DNA from: a virus
Lineage: Duplodnaviria; Caudoviricetes
Length of the DNA stretch: 30,340 nucleotides
Virus record (IMG/VR): IMGVR_UViG_3300028586_000738
Location: 1 to 30,340 of that record
Strand: one strand, 5' to 3'
Numbering within the stretch: the first letter of the stretch is position 1; each line of letters starts with the position of its first letter. This document shows positions 25,542 to 30,340 of the stretch, piece by piece. The notes under the pieces were generated by a model that was not told the origin of the DNA, searched no databases, and was given only the letters and a program-made list of their open reading frames with translations. The position numbers were made by a program, and so were the translations under genes.

Positions 25542-25600
25542 TTGAAGCATTGGGTAAACTATAATCCTTTGGTTGGAAGGCTTAATCACCAATGCTTCAA
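25542..25600. repeat. 12-bp perfect inverted repeat hairpin between convergent genes
   Basis: TTGAAGCATTGG (25542-25553) and CCAATGCTTCAA (25589-25600). Confidence 0.75.
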
Positions 25601-25605
25601 TTTCA

Positions 25606-26418
25606 TTACTCAGGAACAGGAGCTACCCCTTGTAGGTAAGGTAAAACTATAGTTCCTATATTAGTGAGCTCACATCTCACGCGATTTTGTTCTGCTCTTG
25701 CTGCGCGTATTAACCCTGAGCCTTCAAGGGCGCGAATCGAATGGGCAATACGGTCGGTAGTTCTTTCGTCTTTTCTAATGTCTGAAGTGAAAGTAGATCT
25801 AATAAAAGAGGGTATCCAGTCAGAGGTGATATTTGTACCGCTGGTAACCAGTGCTCCAACATTGAAATCTTGCCAAGCTGATGATTGAGTAATTAATGAC
25901 ATTTCCTGCGGTGTAAGCCTTTCGATTATTGATAGGGCGTACCGATGCTCTTGGAATAAATCAATAAAATTTGTACTTGTTATGTGCTTGAGGGCTGCAG
26001 ACAAGTGCTCGGCAAGCTCTATGTCCGGAGGTGATTCGTCTTGGATTCTGAGTATTTTATTAAACAGTATGCTTCCTTGCGGGTTAGATAAGAACTTAGC
26101 TATATCGGCTACGGTTTCTGAGGTTTGATCGACCTTTTCAAAGTATCTGCACAAAAGGTGCTCTTGTTTGGCGATCTTTATCTCTTTTTCTACTTCTTCA
26201 TTCCAGTTTAATACAACTGATACAATCTCAGTTATTCTTGTTAGTCCTAATAGCTTGTCTCTTATTATTTTTTTCCCAGTCGCACGATTAATCTCGGATT
26301 CTCCATCATCGCCAAGGTGTATCTCATCTAATCTTGCTTTAAGTGTTTTTCCTTGAGCTGGGTAGTATATTTCTGGGTTGGTTACTATCATGATAGGTAA
26401 CTTTCTTTCATCGTTCAT
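25606..26418 (-). CDS. AT-rich moron, Abi-alpha/DUF4393-like protein with C-terminal winged helix
   Basis: Strongly AT-rich and antisense to the late operon; YALSIIERLTPQEMSLI and SIRALEGSGLI...ELTNIG resemble DUF4393 motifs. Confidence 0.55.
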   Translation of the reverse strand: MNDERKLPIMIVTNPEIYYPAQGKTLKARLDEIHLGDDGESEINRATGKKIIRDKLLGLTRITEIVSVVLNWNEEVEKEIKIAKQEHLLCRYFEKVDQTSETVADIAKFLSNPQGSILFNKILRIQDESPPDIELAEHLSAALKHITSTNFIDLFQEHRYALSIIERLTPQEMSLITQSSAWQDFNVGALVTSGTNITSDWIPSFIRSTFTSDIRKDERTTDRIAHSIRALEGSGLIRAARAEQNRVRCELTNIGTIVLPYLQGVAPVPE

Positions 26419-26499
26419 TTTCCATTTCCCCCAGTAGCAAAATTTTCAAACAAATTCACGACGTTGTCGTGCTTAGAACCTTAGTAGAAAATATTAGAT

Positions 26500-27156
26500 A
26501 TGCTAATAACCGAACGAGGAATGATTCATATCTTCCTTGAGCTGAATGTCCAGATCCGTGGTGTCGCGAATTCACTGCACGTAGCCATGCCACCCTTCAA
26601 TATCAACACGCCGGCGCAGGTTTCGGCTTTAGTCGCTCAGGTAGGCCACGAGTCCGCCGACTTCACCCGTCTGGTGGAAAATCTGAATTACTCGGTGGAG
26701 GCACTGCTGTCCAAATTCAGCCGCGAGCGGATCACCGAGGCCCAGGCCCGGCAGTACGGGAGGACCGCTGCGCGCAAGGCCGACCAAGTTTCCATTGCCA
26801 ACTGCATCTATGGCGGGGAGTGGCGCAAGCTCAAGCTGGGCAACACTGAGCCGGGCGATGGATGGAAATTCCGCGGGCGATCACTGATCCAGGTAACCGG
26901 CCGCGCGAACTACAAGGCGTGCGGGCGATCGCTCGGGCTGGATCTGCTCGCAAGCCCGGAGCTGCTCGAGCAGCCTAGGCATGCAGCCATGGCCGCCGGC
27001 TGGTTCTGGTCGTCGCAGAAGCTGAATGCGCTGGCGGACGCCGGCAACCTGGGCGATATCGGCAGCATCATAAACACTGGGAAGCCCGGGCGTGTGCCGC
27101 GGGGTGGAGAGAAACGCAAGGCTATCTGTCAGCGGGCTTTGAAGGTGCTTGCATGA
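26500..27156 (+). CDS. Second GH19 endolysin copy (intact ORF, diverged N-terminus, weak SD; possibly decaying)
   Basis: AQVGHES...LVENLNYS...GDGWKFRGRSLIQVTGRANY...AAGWFW; same 218-aa length as 27786-28442. Confidence 0.8.
   Translation: MLITERGMIHIFLELNVQIRGVANSLHVAMPPFNINTPAQVSALVAQVGHESADFTRLVENLNYSVEALLSKFSRERITEAQARQYGRTAARKADQVSIANCIYGGEWRKLKLGNTEPGDGWKFRGRSLIQVTGRANYKACGRSLGLDLLASPELLEQPRHAAMAAGWFWSSQKLNALADAGNLGDIGSIINTGKPGRVPRGGEKRKAICQRALKVLA
26690..27070 (+). repeat. Direct repeat core shared with about 27976-28356 (offset 1286 bp)
   Basis: By-eye alignment gives about a dozen mismatches in roughly 380 bp, with a 74-nt perfect run at 26875-26948. Confidence 0.9.
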
Positions 27157-27339
27157 CCGTGGCGTAAAAGGTGCTGTCTTCCATCGCCATTGAGCTGACC
27201 ATAGTCGGACTGATTGGCGCTGCGCTGTACGCCTCCTACAGCTAAGGCGTCACTGTGACCAATGCCATATGGGCTGCCGAGTGGTCGCAAGCCGTAGCCA
27301 CCAGACCGAACTCCGCAGGCGGTGCAGGTCACGCGGGTC
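27153..27339 (+). pseudogene. Decayed Rz (i-spanin) fragment
   Basis: Colinear with the start of 28439 but with in-frame TAA at 27165-27167 and 27243-27245, an indel near 27303 and truncation. Confidence 0.88.
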
Positions 27340-27462
27340 ACTGCCCCGCAGACCATCGTCGACCTGCGGGCGCAACTGACCCAAGGCCGTGCTGTAGCAG
27401 AACTGCCGCCTTAGGCGATTGCCGAAAGCGAACCGGCCCCCTGACCTTCGACACCCGATGCC

Positions 27463-27690
27463 CTATGACCCCAAATTCTGCCCAAGCTTGAACTTTATGT
27501 TCTCCATCGGGCGCCACGAGAAAGACGGGGGCGGTGAATAGCATCCAGGCTGGTTTGGTGGTGTGGCATCACAACGAACTGTGTAGCCCTTGCTACCGAT
27601 CTCGCGGTTACCTTCCCCAGTACCTCTTTCGCTGTACGCAGCGCAGCCACCGAGCGCCGCCAGCACCAGCATTGCAAATACCTTCTTCAT
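27463..27690 (-). CDS. Small lipoprotein moron (75 aa)
   Basis: MKK, hydrophobic core and lipobox LGGC; GAAGGGAG SD; two further Cys residues. Confidence 0.8.
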   Translation of the reverse strand: MKKVFAMLVLAALGGCAAYSERGTGEGNREIGSKGYTVRCDATPPNQPGCYSPPPSFSWRPMENIKFKLGQNLGS

Positions 27691-27746
27691 TTCTGACTCC
27701 CTTCATAAAGCGCACAGCTTAGCGCTGGTACACGCCTAATCACCAT

Positions 27747-27770
27747 ACCCGCCATCGAGCGGGTTTTTTT
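27747..27770 (+). terminator. Intrinsic terminator before the endolysin
   Basis: ACCCGC-catcga-GCGGGT followed by a T-run. Confidence 0.75.
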
Positions 27771-27785
27771 CGCCTGGAGAAAAGT

Positions 27786-28442
27786 ATGCCCCTCACCGAG
27801 ATGCAGTTTCTGCAGATCATTCCCAACGCCGGCCAGACAGCCGGCGTTTTTGTTCCTGTGCTGAATGCGGCCATGGCTACGTTCAACATCATCACCCCGG
27901 CGAGGGCGGCAGCCTTCGTTGCCCAGGTAGGTCATGAGTCCACCAACTTCACCCGCCTGGTGGAGAACCTGAACTACTCGGTGGAGGCGCTGCTGTCCAA
28001 ATTCAGCCGCGAGCGGATCACCGAGGCCCAGGCCCGGCAGTACGGCAGGACCGCTGCACGCAAGGCCGACCAGGTGTCCATTGCCAACTGCATCTATGGC
28101 GGGGAGTGGGGCAGGCTCAAGCTGGGCAACACTGAGCCGGGCGATGGATGGAAATTCCGTGGGCGATCACTGATCCAGGTAACCGGCCGCGCGAACTACA
28201 AGGCGTGCGGGCGATCGCTCGGGCTGGATCTGCTTGCAAGCCCGGAGCTGCTCGAGCAGCCCAGGCATGCAGCCATGGCCGCCGGTTGGTTCTGGTCGTC
28301 GCAGAAGCTGAATGCGCTGGCGGACGCCGGCAACCTGGGTGATATCGGCAGCATCATCAACACCGGGAAGCCCGGGCGAGTGCCGCTGGGCGCCGAGGAA
28401 CGCAAAGCCATCTATCAGCGGGCTTTGAAGGTGCTGGCGTGA
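27786..28442 (+). CDS. Endolysin, glycoside hydrolase family 19 (chitinase-like)
   Basis: GGAGA SD; AAFVAQVGHES, ENLNYS, GDGWKFRGR-LIQVTGRANY and AAGWFW motifs. Confidence 0.95.
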   Translation: MPLTEMQFLQIIPNAGQTAGVFVPVLNAAMATFNIITPARAAAFVAQVGHESTNFTRLVENLNYSVEALLSKFSRERITEAQARQYGRTAARKADQVSIANCIYGGEWGRLKLGNTEPGDGWKFRGRSLIQVTGRANYKACGRSLGLDLLASPELLEQPRHAAMAAGWFWSSQKLNALADAGNLGDIGSIINTGKPGRVPLGAEERKAIYQRALKVLA

Positions 28443-28972
28443 GCGCTGCGCAAAGGGTGCTGGCCTGCATTGCCATCGCGCTGGCCATGGTGGGGCTGAG
28501 TGGCGCTGCGCTGTATGCCGCCTACAGTCACGGCGTCACCGTGACCAATGCCGCGCGGGACGTCGAGTGGTTGCAGGCCGTGGCCACCCAGCAGACTGAG
28601 CGTGCGCAGGCGGTGCAGGCCGCGCGCGTCGAAGAGCAACGCCTCCAGCGCGAGGCCAACCAGGTAGGAAACGATGCGAGAGAAAAGACGGCTGCTGCCG
28701 ATGCTGATGGTGTCGGCCTTGATGCTGCTGGGGACCGGTTGCGCGTCCAGGCTGGAAAGCTTGCCGCCAGCGCTGGCGCCTGCACCAGTGATACCGGCTC
28801 TGCCGATCGAGGCGCGTCAGCCACCCGCGCCGCCCTGGTGCTCTCCCAACTGCTCGATCGCGCTGATGCGAGAGCGGGAGAGCTGGCAAAGGCTTATGAC
28901 CGAGCCCGAATAGCGGGGCAGGCGTGCGAGCGGGCTTACTCCTTGCTGCGGCGCTCCGAGTCGGCGCAGTAA
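28439..28972 (+). CDS. Rz: Rz-like inner-membrane spanin
   Basis: GTGA overlap with the endolysin; N-terminal TM, Ala-rich helices, YDRARIAGQACERAY end; contains nested Rz1. Confidence 0.88.
   Translation: MSAAQRVLACIAIALAMVGLSGAALYAAYSHGVTVTNAARDVEWLQAVATQQTERAQAVQAARVEEQRLQREANQVGNDAREKTAAADADGVGLDAAGDRLRVQAGKLAASAGACTSDTGSADRGASATRAALVLSQLLDRADARAGELAKAYDRARIAGQACERAYSLLRRSESAQ
28674..28913 (+). CDS. Rz1: Rz1-like outer-membrane lipoprotein spanin, fully embedded in Rz (+1 frame)
   Basis: AGGA SD; basic N-terminus, hydrophobic core, lipobox-like GTGC and Pro-rich mature part with WCSPNCS. Confidence 0.85.
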   Translation: MREKRRLLPMLMVSALMLLGTGCASRLESLPPALAPAPVIPALPIEARQPPAPPWCSPNCSIALMRERESWQRLMTEPE

Positions 28973-29232
28973 TACAAGCCTGCGTCTTGGATATCCATTG
29001 AGGGTCGCATGGCTAATGACCAAGGATCCATAGGGTTCTTTCTACGCCACACCGATCCTGGAGCGCTCAGCGCGAGTGCTCTGGCAACTTGGTGTGTCGA
29101 TAATTGCCCATATTCTTTCATCTGATGAAGGGGCATTCCTGTGAGCTGAGCACCGATTGATTTTGAGGACGCAGCGACCACCCATTCATATGCTTCCCAA
29201 CGGCATTGATAAACCTTGAGATTTCTTCTCAT
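28936..29232 (-). CDS. Hypothetical protein (98 aa)
   Basis: AAGGA SD; lower GC; convergent with Rz, overlapping it by 37 bp. Confidence 0.55.
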   Translation of the reverse strand: MRRNLKVYQCRWEAYEWVVAASSKSIGAQLTGMPLHQMKEYGQLSTHQVARALALSAPGSVWRRKNPMDPWSLAMRPSMDIQDAGLYYCADSERRSKE

Positions 29233-29321
29233 AGCACCGCATCCTTGCTGTCGTCTGCCTTTCTTTACCCCAATAAGTAGCGATTAGTCAATTTCGTTCG
29301 GAGGTTGGCAGTGATGAGTCT

Positions 29322-29570
29322 TTAAACATTGCGCTCCGTATTTCCAACGATCCACAGCAGGTCACGCCACGGGAATCTGCTCTGACCGCCCATCAGCTTG
29401 CAGCTCGGGCTGTGCACGAACGGCTTGCTCGAGTCGCGAAGCTGCTGCCATCCGTCGCAGGTCCTGCAGCGGATGTGAGGGAAGGGGTCATCGTGCACGG
29501 ACCAGAGCTTTGCCCAGGTGTCGACATCACTCAGCTTGGGTGAGAGGTTCAGCCATTCCAGCGTGTCCAT
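29322..29570 (-). CDS. Small putative Zn-binding protein (82 aa)
   Basis: GGAGG SD before the ATG at 29570; IRCRTC...FVHSPSC...FPWRDL. Confidence 0.7.
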   Translation of the reverse strand: MDTLEWLNLSPKLSDVDTWAKLWSVHDDPFPHIRCRTCDGWQQLRDSSKPFVHSPSCKLMGGQSRFPWRDLLWIVGNTERNV

Positions 29571-29659
29571 ATGCGCCTCCATTGTCCTTGGCCAATGATA
29601 GCCGCCTGTGCCGTTCCTCGCCCCAGGATTGCAAAGTCTCGCTGGCTGGTGCAAGAATA

Positions 29660-29675
29660 CTGTACAGATGAACAG
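29660..29675. promoter_or_regulatory. LexA (SOS) box
   Basis: CTGT-ACAGATGA-ACAG (CTGT-N8-ACAG), preceded by TA, 15 bp upstream of the umuD-like ATG. Confidence 0.85.
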
Positions 29676-29690
29676 TGTAAGAGCCATGCC

Positions 29691-30044
29691 ATGGATAGCC
29701 CATTCCAATCCGAAGCCCTCGATATCTCCCTCGACGACCTGCTGTGCATCCGCGCGCCCGGCACCTACCTGGTGCGAGTGGCCGGTGACAGTATGACCCG
29801 CGCTGGGATCTTCGACGGCGATCTGCTGATCGTGGATAAGGGCGCGGAAGTGAAGCAGGGGCAGGTGATAATCGGGGTAGTGAACCAGGAGCCGATGGTG
29901 AAGCGTCTGGACTATGTTCGAGGCATGCCGGTGCTAAGGTCCGAAGGCGATGGCCACCACCACCGCTTCATCATGGAAGGCGACGAGTTCACCGTCTGGG
30001 GCGTTGTCACCCACAGCGTACGCCAGCACGGCATCGAGCCATGA
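29691..30044 (+). CDS. umuD: UmuD/RulA-like S24 peptidase lacking the N-terminal cleavable arm
   Basis: ISLDDLL, TYLVRVAGDSM (catalytic Ser), GIFDGDLLIVDK, MVKRL (catalytic Lys) and VWGVVTHSV. Confidence 0.85.
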   Translation: MDSPFQSEALDISLDDLLCIRAPGTYLVRVAGDSMTRAGIFDGDLLIVDKGAEVKQGQVIIGVVNQEPMVKRLDYVRGMPVLRSEGDGHHHRFIMEGDEFTVWGVVTHSVRQHGIEP

Positions 30045-30340
30045 GGTGCCAGGTCACGCCCCGGATGCGTCAGGGCAAGCCGATTGATGCGGCCGAGGTC
30101 CGGGCGGTGCCGGCGGCGATTGGCGATCTGCGGATCAACGACGAGATGTGCCAGGCCTTGGGCCGGACATCGAAGACGGCCAGTGTCCGAGGAGTGAACT
30201 CAATTGGGCCGAGTGAACTGCCGCTGCTGCATGAGGCGGTGCTGTCATGGATGGCGCCGAACGGGTTCGTTCTGAGCGGCCTGGAGGAAGAGGGCGGTTG
30301 CCTCTACGCGCAGTCTTGGTGGTGCAGGAATTTGGGGTAG
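30041..30340 (+). CDS. Hypothetical protein (99 aa), coupled to the umuD-like gene
   Basis: ATGA overlap; GFVLSGLEE...YAQSWWCR; stop is at the last codon of the window. Confidence 0.75.
   Translation: MRCQVTPRMRQGKPIDAAEVRAVPAAIGDLRINDEMCQALGRTSKTASVRGVNSIGPSELPLLHEAVLSWMAPNGFVLSGLEEEGGCLYAQSWWCRNLG

Noticed and set aside
29571-29690. Upstream in-frame extension of the umuD-like ORF
   Set aside because: Overlaps the LexA box and the divergent gene's SD, and lacks any UmuD N-arm or cleavage motif.
29233-30340. Prophage attR boundary
   Set aside because: No tRNA end, host gene or identifiable core repeat within the window; the boundary cannot be placed.

Overview
The window is the late region of a lambda-like (cos-type, long-tailed) temperate prophage, most likely in a Pseudomonas host (inferred from GC-rich codon usage and gene families). 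Order on +: a 5'-truncated tyrosine recombinase, a Zn-finger ORF and a putative late regulator in the Q position, followed by a sigma70 promoter and terminator (pR'/tR'-like). Next come an antisense hicAB toxin-antitoxin moron, about 260 nt of highly structured non-coding DNA, two single-TM holin candidates and a gpZ-like gene. A lambda-like cos region precedes the Nu1/A/W/B/C(Nu3)/D/E head genes, then head-tail and tail tube genes, a tail chaperone with a -1 frameshift, the tape measure gene, a non-lambda tail-tip/fibre module and a terminal GH19 endolysin/Rz/Rz1 cassette. Accessory content: a Zn-ribbon membrane moron, an AT-rich Abi-alpha/DUF4393-like gene beside a second endolysin copy with a decayed Rz, a small lipoprotein between the two endolysin copies, and a LexA-box-controlled UmuD-like gene that lacks its cleavable N-arm and is paired with an unknown 99-aa protein instead of umuC. 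The best candidates for undescribed biology are the structured RNAs at 2700-2931, the Abi-like/duplicate endolysin island and the SOS-controlled UmuD'-like operon. All family calls come from motif recognition by eye; no searches were run.
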